Positions 36,101-49,200 of a DNA stretch of 64,000 nt are shown piece after piece. How positions within the stretch are numbered: the stretch's first letter is position 1; every line of letters begins with the position of its first letter. Below the pieces are notes generated by a model. It searched no databases and was not told the DNA's origin. It saw only the letters and a list, made by a program, of their open reading frames with translations. The stretch covers positions 8,680,001-8,744,000 of the forward strand of contig JBHGNT010000010.1 of assembly GCA_043228905.1 (NCBI GenBank). The letters are read 5' to 3'. The translations under genes were made by a program, and so were the position numbers. Origin of the DNA: Azolla caroliniana (lineage: Eukaryota > Plantae > Polypodiophyta).

Positions 36101-38601
36101 GTAAACTCGAGCCGGATTCCCTTCGAGCGACAGTACTCCTGGAACTGCCCCCGGTATTCCCCTCCGTTATCCGCTCGTATCGCTTTCAGCTTCTTGCCGG
36201 ATTCTCTTTCCACTCTCGCGTGGAGTTCTTTGAAGACGGACAACACTTGGTCCTTTGTCTTCAACGGCGCCGTCCACAGCTTCCGGCTGTGATCATCAAT
36301 GAAAGTCACGAAGTACTGGGCTCCGCCATGTGACTTCGTTTCTACCTGACACACATCAGTGTGCACCAACTCCAATGGTGAGCTACGTCTCGTCGGTGGC
36401 CTTGAGTGGAAGGAGGTTCGGTTCTGCTTACCGGCCAGGCAATCGGTGCACTTCTCCAGATGCACATGCTTCACTGGAATGAGGTTGTCTTCTGCAAGCC
36501 TCTTCATCCCCTTCTCACTCATGTGGCACAGTCTCTTGTGCCACAGCTCACCGGCAGTGTCGGCTGCCACGTTCAGCTCCTCCGGACATAGCCGGGAATT
36601 CATCAGGTACAGGGTGTTGACCTTCCGGGCCCGAGCCACTATCAGGCTCCCCTTGCTGAACTTCATGACACCGTTCCGGATGCTACCCATGTAGCCTTCA
36701 TCATCTAGCCTCCCGGCCGAGATCAGGTTCAATCGGACCTCCGGAACGTGTCGCACATCCTTCAACAGCATCTTGCATCCGGTTGATGTCAACAGCCACA
36801 CGTCTCCTATGCCGGCAATCCGGCATGTGCCTTCATTTCCCATCCGGACACAGCCGTGCTCACCGGCTGTGTAGGATGAGAAGTATTTCTTCTCCGGGGT
36901 CAGGTGGAACGACGCTCCGGAATCGACCACCCAGGTCATCTCTACACCGGCAAGGTTCAGCTCCTTCTCTTCGGTAATAAGCATTATCTCTTCTTCACTT
37001 GCCGCAAGTGCCGTCGTTCCTTTCCGGTCCTGCCCTCGCCGATCCGGACCTCTCCGGTCCGTGGCTCCCCGGTATGCACCGTTTCTCTCCGGTGACTTCT
37101 TCGAATCGGTGTCGTCGGCTCCGTTGTCCTTTCGGTAGTGCCGACAATTCTTCCGGAAGTGCCCCGGCTTCCCACAGTGGAAGCATGTTGGCCTTCCTCT
37201 TGACTGCGACCGGGTCCCCGACTTCTCCCGTCTTTGCGGACTCCGGTTCCATTGTCTTCCCCGATCCGATTCGGTAAGCAGCATCTTCTGATCAGAAACC
37301 GGTTCTTTATCTCTCCGACGCGCTTCTTCGTTCAAAATACTTGTCTTTACCGTTTGTAGGGACAAGTTATCTTCGGTGCAGGAGGTGCTGAGAGTCACCA
37401 CCAAGTTCTCCCAGCTGTCCGGCAATGTACACATCAGGATGATGGCTTGCATTGCATCCTCCAACGGGAACTTGATCGCCGCAAGCTGGTTCACGAATCC
37501 CATGAACGTGCTTACGTGTTCCACCATACTCTCGCCGTCCCGGTACTTGAGGTTCACTATCTTCCTCATCAGGGAGGTCCGGTTCAACGCATTCTTCCTC
37601 TCATAGAGGCCCGACAGCTTCTTCCACATCTCATAGGCGTTCGTATCGTTCGCCACATGTTGCAGGACACTTACATCGACATATTGCCGGATCGTCGCTA
37701 CGGCTTTCCGGTTCAGGAGCTTCCAATCCGACTCTATTACCCCCTTGGGTATCTCGGCATTGTCGATCGGTTCGTATAGGTCTCGGACGATGAGAAGGTC
37801 TTCCATCTTTATCTTCCAGTCGGCGTAGTTCTGTGAGTTCAACACCATCATGCCAGGAGGCCCACTACCGCCGCCTTCCATTTTCTGTGTTACCGTCGCT
37901 CTGATACCAATTTGTTATACGCAGTGCTCGGCCACAACCGAGAAATAGGATTAACTTTCAGAAAACAGGAATTACAAAATACACGAAGATAATGGGGAGA
38001 AGAGTACACAGGATATTTTACGTGGAAAACCCTAAGTGGGAAAAACCACGGGAGTCCTCAAACTCCAACTATCACTATATGCAGAGATGTACAATGATGA
38101 AGCTACAAGGCAACAACCTTGAGCTCACAGTCTTCGCCACAGGCGGCGGTAATACACTGAGGCAACGACCTCTTCGTCTCTCACACTCTCTCGGCTGCTC
38201 TCACTTCGCTCCCTCTTCGTGGAAAACAGAAAATGAGCAACAACAACATAAAACTGTTTGCCCTAAGTCATATTTATACACATATGACTTTTGGGCTATT
38301 TACAAATATAGCCTCAAGGGCTCTTGGCAAACATATTCACAAATATGTCCCCGCATCCGGATCTCTCTCCGGGTACATTCGTCATCCGGCTCCGTAACCG
38401 GGGTCTTCAGCATCCGGCTCCGTAACCGGGGTCTTCATCATCCGGCTCCGTAACCGGGGTCTTCATCATCCGGCTCCGTATCCGGGTACTCTTTATCCGG
38501 CTTCATGCCGGGTACTCTTCATCATCCGGTTCCGTAACCGCAACCGGGCTTGCCGTCATTCATCTCCGGACATCCCATCCGGAGGGACCGAAATCCCAAC
38601 A
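33108..38601 (-). mobile_element. Very young Ty1/copia (Tork/Tto1-like) LTR retrotransposon, copy 2
   Basis: 689-bp LTRs 37913-38601 (5') and 33108-33796 (3'), nearly identical (one substitution seen near 33192); TSD TCAAC; PBS at 37898-37909; PPT at ~33797-33808. Confidence 0.97.
33807..37881 (-). pseudogene. Copia gag-pol polyprotein with +1 frameshift in a G7 run (35423-35429)
   Basis: ORFs 35362-37881 and 33807-35399 join if one G is removed; copy 1 has C6 at the homologous site (30771-30776). Confidence 0.9.
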
Positions 38602-39059
38602 TCAACAACTATACAACGATGATGATTCTTTTCACATAATGATTGCCCTAGATGTATTTATACTAATACAACATTCAGGGCTATTTACAAATGTAGCCCA
38701 CAAGGGCACATTAACTCTATTGACAACTATTACCTCAAGTCGGTTTCAACTGGTTGGGCTATTAGTTGAATTGATTCAGATTCGACTTTCAGCCACGACT
38801 AAATCGAACAATTGGTTTGATTTTTCGGCCTCGGCCGAGTTGCTATCAACCGATTCGGTTCTCCCTTTTCTTTGACTCGTGCTCCTCTTCCCATCCGAAG
38901 GGACCTATTACCTAACACATATATGAATGTGTAATTCAGAGCGTAATCGAGCTTCTCAATGCACCTCTTGAAAACCTCGATTGCGAATCTAGAGAACTTA
39001 AGTGAGGCATTGGTGGGTGGGGTGTCAACTGATGCCCATCTCACAAACTCCTGAAAGCC

Positions 39060-39400
39060 GCCTAGATTACAATATTGACAATGGTAGAACTTGTGTATGC
39101 GAACAAGCTTGGCGTCGATTTAAAACCCTAATTGATTAGAAATATTCAAAATTTTGGTGACTTGAGAAAATAGTGGGGACCCTTTAAGAAACCATCAGCA
39201 CGATCGAAGAGAATCCACAATAGGCAACAACTCTTTGTCACTATATTGGATAGTTTATCTTAGTTGGAGAGAACTTTTGGGAATGAAAAGCAATAGGATG
39301 AAAGTGTTGGTCCTTTCCTTCTTGCTATAATATACGATATACCTACTGATGCCAAATTTAAGGCATTTGTTTCCACAAAATATGATAAGCCTCAATATCT
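39060..39400 (-). pseudogene. Degenerate Ty3/gypsy RNase H relic
   Basis: QHFHPIAFHSQKFSPTKINYPI*DKELLPIVDS on the minus strand. Confidence 0.7.
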
Positions 39401-41119
39401 AAGCTGTGATTTTAAAATTGTGGGTTGATGGCAATCTTTGCAATTTGTTGCCTCAATATCTCTAAAAAACATCATCAGTAGGCGACATGGAGTCCTCCAT
39501 GCTATTATTGTTTCTCTAAGATTATTTGTAATAAAGAGAAGGTTTATAATTAGACTTTGGGTTTTGGTTCTAACAATCATGAACCGATTTGATAATGATA
39601 ATACAATAACTTTAAGCAACTTTTTATGTTGCAAGATTATATGTACTCAAAGTATCAAGGCACAGGTTGCAATTGTTGTTGGACCATGATGAGGGTGTGA
39701 CGCTTCAAATTATAAAAGTTGTACTGCAAGTGTGTGGGATGTGTAATTATAGTTAATATCTTGATAATTGTAATATACATGTATCTAAAATTGTGCATTA
39801 GCTAGTGTAAGGTGGTGACATCTCATAATAATATATGTGTGTGGGCGTGACGTTGAGTACATAAGAGAAGCTACAACCTACACTATGTAAAGCTTAGATA
39901 TATATTTGAGGTCACAACTCATGGGTTTAAGTTCCCCGTCAACACACCCTCTTGTCATGACATGATGACTATTGTATTAAACATATATACAATTGCTATT
40001 TTATGTTGATGCTCATGATAATAATGATGAGAAGCAAAAGCAATACTACAATAAAACATCACTTTTTTATTTGTAAAACATAAATCCCCTTCAAAAAACC
40101 AAATTAGCTTTAATATCACACTATTGCTTTGTAGGTCATCCAACCACCAATATGACATGGATACACCTTCCAACCCTCCCATGCACTATGTTTTTCTTAG
40201 GTTTCGCAAAATTACCTTATTGGCTCATAGTCCTCAAATATTGGGTCAATTGCCTTTCAAGGCCACAAGAAATTTGAACCCTAAATTCCAGGTACATGTT
40301 TGATAAAGATTCAACTTTGCAACATTTGATAGTGTGGTTCCATTTCCAAGTGGTGGATCTCATTTATGGATATTAATAGTTTGAGTTCTAGAATGGATTT
40401 GTAGATCATCTTCCTTATAGCACAAGCAATGAAATGACATCTCCATTATGGAAATTAGTAGTTCGAGTTCTAGAAGGGATTTGTAGATCATCTTCCTAGA
40501 GCCAAAGGAAGCGAAAATGATAGTAGCAAAGGTGTTTCAAAGAACGATGTGTGAACAAATGTACAAGGTAAGATTAGAAAGCGTCTAAACATGTTGTATG
40601 TAGTCTTTTAAAACTAAGATATGCACTAGGGGAACAATATATACATATAGTCTACAACATAAATCTCACAAACATGCTCATCTCAAAATGGACATTGCAT
40701 CCATATCACAAGATGAAAGCAAACAACAATTTCCTTGATTTGATAGATGGGGTTAGGGACGTGTCTCCATAAAGAAGAAGAAGAAGAAGACGAACGCCGA
40801 TGTCTATGATGGCAACGAGAAGAACGAGCGATAGAGAAAAGACAAGCAAGCAGACGATGCAAAATGGCAAGGGGCGCCCCTGCTCATTTCAAAGCGGTCG
40901 CATTGATATGATACGGGGTAAAGATGCATGCGAGTGATACATCCGTGTGCGATTCATCAATGGGGCAGGAGGGGGGCAGGCAGGAAGCGCAGGTTGTTTG
41001 CTGTGTGTGTGTGTATCGGGGCAGAGGGGTTGTTGACGGTGACGACGAAAACAGACAAACACGCTCGATATGTGTATGGGGTATGTACGCACAAGGGTTG
41101 GGCGAGCAAAACACGCGCA

Positions 41120-41126
41120 TGCACAC

Positions 41127-41165
<39 letters not shown>

Positions 41166-41480
41166 GCTCGGTGTGTGTGTGTACGGGTACAGAGGGGTCA
41201 ATGAGCAAAAGGCAGAGACAGAGATAGAGATAGATATAGAGACAAGAGAGAGGTTATGGATGGATGGACATTGGTCAGAGGAGAAGAAGGCATGTGTTTT
41301 TTGTTGTTGTGTTTGAAGAGGAAGAGGAAGAGGAAGAGGAAGAGGAAGAGGAAGAGGAAGAGGAGGTGGTTTGTTGGTTTGTTGGTTGGGACTCACACAT
41401 ATCGAGCCTTTTCTCTCCCATTCTCCTTCTTCCTTTCCTTTTCCTTCTTCTTCTTCTTCTTCCTTCTTCTTCTTCTTCCC
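41120..41480. repeat. Microsatellite cluster (CA)n, (GAGGAA)n, (TTC)n upstream of the E3 ligase gene
   Basis: (CA)n ~41122-41163, (GAGGAA)n ~41317-41363, CTT-rich 41430-41480. Confidence 0.9.
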
Positions 41481-41876
41481 TTTTGTTGGGTTCCTTCTCC
41501 TTCTCCTTCTCAGGCGAACCAAGCGAAAGCAGAGCCAATCAAGCTATACCAGGTCTTTCCATTGAACCTACCTTCACATTTGCCTTATTACATGGTTCTG
41601 TATAACCACTGTTGTTTGGTCTTTCTTGCCAACATGCCGCTTCTGCTTGTTATGCCCGCACGATTCTGCTGCAAACTAATAATGTCTACACGAGTGTGTT
41701 CTGCTTGGTTTGCTGCAGCAAACTCGCAATGGTGATGTCTGGATATGTTATGTGATCAGACAGTCTAATTCTAATTCACACGCCCATGGAAATGAGATTT
41801 CTATCTACTACTACCATGTTAGTCCATAGAAACTGAAAGTTCATACGCGTTTCCTTCTCTGGAATTTGGTAGATCT

Positions 41877-43306
41877 ATGGGGAATGCTCAGGGAATGCGC
41901 AGGATATGGAGAAATCATCATCATCATCATCATCGCCAGGAGCAGAACCATGAGGGCAGGCCCGTCCAAACATCTCCTGCTGATTATTTATCTCAGTATT
42001 ACCCATCGCAGCAACCTTACCAGGATGGCTATATTCGAAGCAGTGGCCAGTTTGTCGTCAATATTCAACCCTCTGCATTAACCTACATGATGAATACTGC
42101 CCCGCCAGTATCCATCCCTGTGCTTGAGAATCTGAAAGCCAATACCATAAAGAACGATGTCAACCTCAGGAAGTCGACACTACGGCTCGAGAAAGATGAA
42201 GAGAACCCGGGATTCTACCTGGTTGCCTTCTCTTTCGATGCCATTGCAGCTGGATGGTCAGTAAGATGATTTTTGTGCCTTTTGCATCTCTTCAATTCAC
42301 GTATAAATCACATGTCTGAAAGGAACCTGATATTTTGCTAGGATTTGCATCTTCTTCCTTGCCAAAGAGGGCGATCGGTGCAGTCTGGATGCAATCAAGC
42401 CAGAATTGTATACTCCCATTCGCGTTCCCTTCGACAAAGGATTGGGGCAGAATTTCAGGCAGGAACCTGGAACAGGAGTGAATCTGTCCCTTTTTGATGA
42501 GTCTGAGCTCTCGGAGGAAGGGATTGGAGACATCTTTCCTCTCGTTGTGAGAACAGAGACAGTGCCTAAAGTATCAGATTCGCACGAGTGCTGCGCCCCA
42601 ACAGATGAAGTACCCCTCAATGCACCACTTCCTGACTGGGTTCATGCGCAAACTACTCATGCCACGTTGGAGAAAAAAGAAGATGAGTTCGTCGTGAAAG
42701 TTGTGAAGCAGATCATCTATGTGGATGGCGTGAGGTATGAGCTGCAAGAGATATATGGCATTGAGAATGTTGATTGGTGTGGTGATGGTCCTCATGGGAA
42801 TGACTCGGGGAAGGAGTGTGTTGTTTGCTTGTCGGAGCCAAGGGACACGACTGTACTTCCTTGTAGGCACATGGTAATTTCTCTCATTGCTTGTATATAC
42901 TAATCATAACTTCAAGTTAATGCATTCCATTGGTGATGGGTTGGCTGGTTGATCAATCATTTGTAGCCTATTATGGAACCTTAGTAACAATGATGATAAT
43001 GCAGTTGTGTTTCATCTGCATAAATGCTAATCAATAATCGATTATGTGGATGTAAACGCTAGGATTACGATTATTTCTTGTGTTCTTGTGAGTTTATTGT
43101 ATGCATTGTGCTTTCTTCAGATATGATATGATTTTATTCTTTCTTTGGAATAGTGCATGTGTAGTGGATGTGCGAAAGTTTTGAGGTTCCAATCGAGCCG
43201 CTGCCCAATTTGCAGGACACCAGTGGAGAGGCTGTTGGAAATTAAAGTTTCTAACCGAAAGCAAGCTGATGAAGCTACAGACAAGAGCACTACGAGACCA
43301 GATTAG
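41877..43306 (+). CDS. LOG2: RING-HC E3 ubiquitin ligase of the LOG2/LUL (MGRN1/RNF157-like) family; exons 41877-42256, 42342-42873, 43154-43306; 354 aa
   Basis: MGN N-terminus (myristoylation-type); [30 protein letters not shown] and [23 protein letters not shown] (DAR2-like); [19 protein letters not shown]|[21 protein letters not shown]; GT-AG introns in frame. The symbol indicates family, not proven orthology. Confidence 0.92.
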
Positions 43307-43652
43307 AGTTGTAGTCTGGATGTTTCTTATTTACTCTTATAAAGTATATGGCATATATGAAGATTGGTGCCAAATCTCTATATCATTATTCCTACATTGT
43401 GTTACTGTTCATGACAGAAAGTGCTTCAATGTGATGTTAAACTACCATTTTTCTCTAATCAAATGTGTGCCTGTATGCTCTAAGGGGAAGAAGATTGTGC
43501 CATTGATAAGTGAATTCTCTTTGGATCAGACCCAATGACTCAACCTCACATAGAAGAGTCGGTGTGGAAAGTATATCGAACAACCATAACTGCGTTCACG
43601 GATTTGGGAATGTGTATGTATGTATGTGCACATGAAGTTCCCCCAATGGAAC

Positions 43653-43696
<44 letters not shown>

Positions 43697-44449
43697 TCTT
43701 GTAAGAACCATGTACATGTGAATTGTCTACTTTTTGTCTGGCAGCCATTTTGACTAATTATATTGCGGAACTACCAAATCTCTATAACTTGTTGGATATA
43801 CCACTATTCTATAAATTCTCTCCAGTGCTTTGAGTGCTGCTCGAAGGAGGTTGCATCAGTGATAGTAATGTTACGATCTCTTTCATGGAGATGGTATTAG
43901 AGTTCTAGTGACCATATGGAATGATGAGAATTGTTGTTGTGAAAGAAACTGGGTTAGTGTAATTTGACCTTAAGCCATGTATCAAATTAAGAAAGATAGA
44001 TACTCTACTTAATCTTGGAAAACAGGCAGAAAAGGTATGAGTTTCTGGACTCAGTTGGATCTTCATTTAATCCAATCCCCACAATGTCATGCATGCTGAA
44101 CTTTGTCTAATAACACAATGGCAAATGCAATGTTAATGGACAAGACCACACATATTTGCAAATGAATAATGACTATCGTTGATCAAGTTATCAAGCAAGA
44201 GTTTTTGAAGATTGGCTCAGGATCTGGATTAAAGCAATCCATCAAGGAGGTAAAGACTTGGTATTTAACTATTAAATTATCATGAACAAAAGATTGGTTT
44301 GGTTATGGCCAATTTAATACAAAAGATTAGATTATGGGTTGAACATCATCACAAATGAGCACTAGGTCAAGTTGATTTGGACGAAAAAAATCCATTTGTC
44401 AATGATTAGGTTACATTAATAACAATTATGGAAGAAAATTGACTTGATG

Positions 44450-45480
44450 AGAATACACTATATTTTTGTTTTGTGATATTCACGAAAGCCCTTGGCACAT
44501 TATCAAGGAGTGAGCTTTGGAAAAGAATGATATAGATCAAAGCACAATTGTATGAGCAAGTTAGATATCGATTGAAAATGAATAGTGGTTTCTTGAAGTA
44601 CTTCTTGAGCAACATGGAGTTAAGTAAAGACATCCATCCACACCTTTTGGTTTATGCATTGATAAACTAGAAAAAATAGTAAAAACGTTGCTCGAGAAAG
44701 ATTAGCTCACTAGAAACGCATGGGAGAGTTTATTTTTATATTTCTCGATGTGGATATGTTGTGTTATTCTCATATACTTTTGATGATATGCAACACGATG
44801 TATTTAAATCATTCTGTTAAATCAATGGGCTAATTGCTAACATGGACAAAAAAAATAGCCTTCATCCAACAATGGTCGTCCTCTCCCTTTCTTCAATCAG
44901 TCGGCATCCACATAAGATGGAACTATCGCGTCCCTACAAGGATTTCATACAACCAAGACTCTACCTTACTTTTATATTCCAGGGAGAACAAATACAAGTT
45001 GTACAAAACTTCAAATACCTTGGTACTAATGTTCCATCAAGAAATAGGGGGAATATCTGTTACGAGTCTAGACTTCAAGTGTGTTGGAATAGTTAATATA
45101 TATTTGAGAATCAAGGCAACCAAAGTGATACTCTCGGATGGGGAAATGAGAAGGATGTTATTCGATGCTATGGTGGTCTAAGTCTTAATTTGTGCAGTGG
45201 AATTGTTTGGTGTCCATATCTCACTTAGTGCATGGAATAAAATAGAGAATATAAAAAATTTGCTCTTACATAGACAACTGAAATTTTAAATTGTGAACAT
45301 CTTACAATGTCATGTAATTAGAAATGATTGTGCTCAACCCAAAGAGATACTAACATTATAAAGAATATATACAAGTATATTGCAAAACTGAAGAATATAC
45401 ATGATCATAGATTATCAAGGCAAGCTCGGGACATTGGGTGCAAGGTACATAGAACTAATAAGAGCAAAATACTCTCAGAT
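44450..45480 (+). pseudogene. Highly degenerate non-LTR (LINE, RTE-like) reverse transcriptase relic
   Basis: FTKALGTLSRSELWKRM (KAFD-like) and FQGEQIQVVQNFKYLG; many stops and frameshifts. Confidence 0.6.
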
Positions 45481-46228
45481 GTATAAGTTTTAAGATATTG
45501 AAGACATCATGTGATGTTATGAAGTATGGTCTTAGAGGAGATGTCAGCTCTCGTTCAACACAAGCGCGATCATGTGGGGTACAATCCATGCACTCTCTCA
45601 TTATGATTAAGTTGGAGACATTCAACAAATAGTTTGTGAATAATATACAACCTATTAAATAATATACAAATGAATATTTGGGGAACTAAACCCCTAAAAG
45701 TAATATGTTGTTGCATTCACCAACAAACCCTCCTTCCCACCATCCCAATGTTAGTATACGTTGTATCAAAATATTATAATGTATCAAAACAAGCCTCTAA
45801 CATATTAGGATTCTTGTATTAGAAGGCTTGCTCACACTGAACCAACAAAATTTAAGGCTCCTTAGTTGCCGACAGAAGTTTCATAAAGTTTACAGGCCAA
45901 ATACTTGAAGGTTCATGGCACATGGTTGCAGCGAGCCTTTGTACTCCATTCGAAACCAAAAACTTTTACAATGACCTATACCATAAAATATCTAGATATT
46001 GGTGATTAAATTATACATACTCCAGGAGATATTTAGTGTTGATTGTAATTACTTATATCATAACTCCATATCCCTCTTCATAGATGACTTGTATATTCTC
46101 TGTGTATCCAAGCTCGCCTTTTATCAAATTAGTATCTTCTTGTGTGCGCATGATTGTTGTTCAAATGATGCTATTACACAATATTCTTGTGTTAATCCTT
46201 AGATTATCTAGGTTTTGTAATTGTAAAG

Positions 46229-49200
46229 TGTTGAGAGACAAGCTCAACATTGGCCGGATCGGTTGGAAACCGGTACACAGATCGGTGCATAAACTGAAAG
46301 GCCATTAGAGAGATATTCCTCGTAAGGAATAGTCTTGGGAGTAAGAGTCGAGGCTCATTTATGAGTAGTCAAGTACTGTCAGTACTTGTGTCAGCCCATT
46401 GTCAGGGCTTGTATAAAAGGTGCTCACTGAGCATGATGTATGTATAGAGTGTTAGTTTTTTGAATTGTTTTCCTGTGTTTACTCTCTCTGTCTCTCCCGT
46501 GCGTATTGTGCAAACCTAAGCTTTCCATTAAACCTGCATTTTTCTGTTGTTCGGTTACCTATATTGCTTCCGCATGTAATCTTTCACATGGTATCAGAGC
46601 GAGAGGGTTGAGAACCTCTGCAACCGACTTTGCTTGAAGGAAAATCAACGAAGAAGAACAAGAAAACCGATGGACAGAGGAATGGCTAGCTTGCTTCCGA
46701 CGGAGAAGCTCGACAGAACCAACTACGCATCTTGGTCTTACAAGATGCACCAGTACCTACTTGGGCATGGTTACTGGAGCTATGTCGAAGGAGCGAATGA
46801 CGCGGCACCCGAATCGACACAGAAAGACTTCCCGGCGTGGGAACAATCGGCGAGTAGAGTGTTGTACTGTTTCGCATCTTGTGTGGGTGAACAACTATTA
46901 AGCTACATTCAGGATGCAAAAACGCCGAAGGGTGTGTGGGAAAATCTGAAGAAGATCTTTGCCGCGAGCACCACAGCCAGGAAGCTTCAGCTTCGACAGG
47001 AGTTGAGCAACCTATGACAACGCGATTTGTCGGTGGCTGACTATGCCTCGAAGATCAAGGACATCTAGGACTCCTTAGCTTCCATCGATGTGAACATCAA
47101 GGAAAGCGAGATGGCCTAGGTCTGTCTCGGGGGTTTGGCGTTAAAGTTCGGAGTGTTCCGAACTGCCGTGCGTACACAGGAGAATACGCTGTCGTTTTTC
47201 GACTTACAGTCGATGCTCCTTATAGAGGAGAACCACGTGGGTGCATCGACAAGCACGTATGCTGATAGCAAGATGCTGTACGTGGAGGGAAATAGGCCCC
47301 GTGGTCATGGCGGACGAGGCGAGTCGGTACGCAATGGAGGCGACTAACGGGATCAAGGAAGAAGGCACCGAAGTGATGCAGACAACAATTCCGGACCCTC
47401 CAGAAACAGGGGGAGTCGAGGTGACGAGAACCGGCAAGGGAAATCCGCCGCGGAATGCTGGTACTGTGGCAAGAAAGGCCACAGGGAGAGCGAGTGCTGG
47501 AAAAAGCGCGCTGATTCGGAGAGAACCAGGTCTGGATTAGGTTTCTGACAAACTGACAAAGGAAATCGGCAATGATCGCACTACGCCGAACGATCCGGAG
47601 AAGCTGGAAAAGGGTCAGTCTTCGTGACAAGACACAAAGCAAACTCAATGAAGCAGACCACCCCGAAATCGGACGAGGTGTGGTATGTCGACTCTGGCAC
47701 GTCAAATCGCATGAAGAGCCATAAGGAGTGGTTCTCGTACCTAGAAAAACCGATGCAACCGGGAGTAGTCGCAACTGGAGACGACACTCCGCATCCGATC
47801 ACGAATGTCGGTGAAGTTCCCCTAAGCCATGTCGGGCAGAACTCATGAACGTGCTATACGTACCGACAATCACGAAGAACTTGGTGTCGGTTGGACAGAT
47901 CGTCGACCAAGGGATGGAGGTCCGGTTTACACAACTTGGGTGCTTCATTGAGGAAGAAGGCCGTGTTATTGCGCAAGGGCGTAGAGAAGGGAGGATGTTC
48001 ATCCTCAACTCTACTGACGGTGGCACCGCAATGTTCGCGAAGGGACAAAAAGTCGAGTCAGACATCGACTTATGGCACAAGCAGATAGGCCACGTCAACT
48101 ACCAGCGGCTTCAAGACCTGCAATTGAAACAAGTGGTGTTCGGATTGCCCAAATTAGTGGCCGGAAGGCACAAATTTGTGAAGCCTGCCAGCTTGCAAAG
48201 CAACACCGACTTCCTTTCCCCAACGAGCGTAACCGGAGCCAGAACAGGCTCGACTTGATACACTTTGATGTGTGGGGGCCGGCACAAAACGTTAGTCTTG
48301 GCGGGAGCCGATATTTCGTCTCCTTCATCAACGACTACACCCGGCACACGTGGATCTACCTCATTGAGAGGATGAGCGAAGTCTTCGACTGTTTCTGGGA
48401 CCTCAAAGGGTTCGTGGAAACAGAAACAGGAAGAAAGATCAAGTGCTTGCGGTCGGATGGTGGAGAAGAATACTTTTCTGGTCAATTCAACGGTTATCTA
48501 CAACAGATGGGAATTCGGCGCGAATTCAGTTGTAGATACACGCCGGAGCAAAACGGCGTGGTCGGGAGGAAAAATCGGTCGGTTGTGGAAGAGGCACGGG
48601 AAATGCTGGAGGAGAAGAGCTTGCCCAAGTTCTACTAGGTCGAGGTGGTACGAACCGTGGTATACATCCAGAATCAGATCGGAGAAAAAGTGTCGGCGCA
48701 TGAGCTATATTTTAGAACGAAGCCGAACTTGTGACACTTACGAGTTTTCAGTAGCATTGCGTATGTGCATGTGCCAAAGGAGAAACGGAGGAAGCTGGAC
48801 GCAAAGGCCGAGAAATGCATCTTGGTCGGTAACTCGGACGAGCAGAAGGGTTATAAGTGTTATAACCCGCGCACCAAACAAGCGCGTGTGAGCCGCGACG
48901 TTGTGTTTGATGAGTCCGCGTCCTAGTACTTGCCTCCGACTCCGGATCTCAACTCCAATCCGAGCTCTGATGATGAGGTCACCGAGATTGAGATGCCTCT
49001 GGATGAGCTTGAAATCGGGACCCGTGAAGAGAGTCCAATTTCGTTTCGGTTAAGTGGACCGAATGGATGACTAAGTCGGTTCGACTAGTCCGATGAAGAG
49101 CCGGCGAGTAGTGGAGACTCGGCCGTGCATTCCCCGCACAGGAAGCCGAGGAGAAAGGGAAGAAGAAGGTGTCGGATAGGAACGATTCTGACTGACACGA

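Larger units (their letters stand above)
27495..38917 (-). repeat. ~640-bp copia solo LTR split into three pieces (27495-27692, 32977-33107, 38607-38917) by two insertions
   Basis: TGTTG...CCTAACA ends; TSD CATAT at 27490-27494 and 38918-38922; the terminal CCATCCGAAGGGACC and the TTTACGTGGAAAACCC motifs are shared with the inserted elements' LTRs. Confidence 0.85.

Noticed and set aside
28372-37779. Numerous overlapping/antisense ORFs inside the two young copia elements
   Set aside because: By-products of GC-rich coding sequence; no independent domain signal.
39696-39962. Possible small solo LTR (TGTGA...TGACA)
   Set aside because: No matching TSD and no second copy in the window.
40884-41735. 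Several 80-210 aa ORFs
   Set aside because: Low-complexity translations of (CA)n, (GAGGAA)n and (TTC)n microsatellites.
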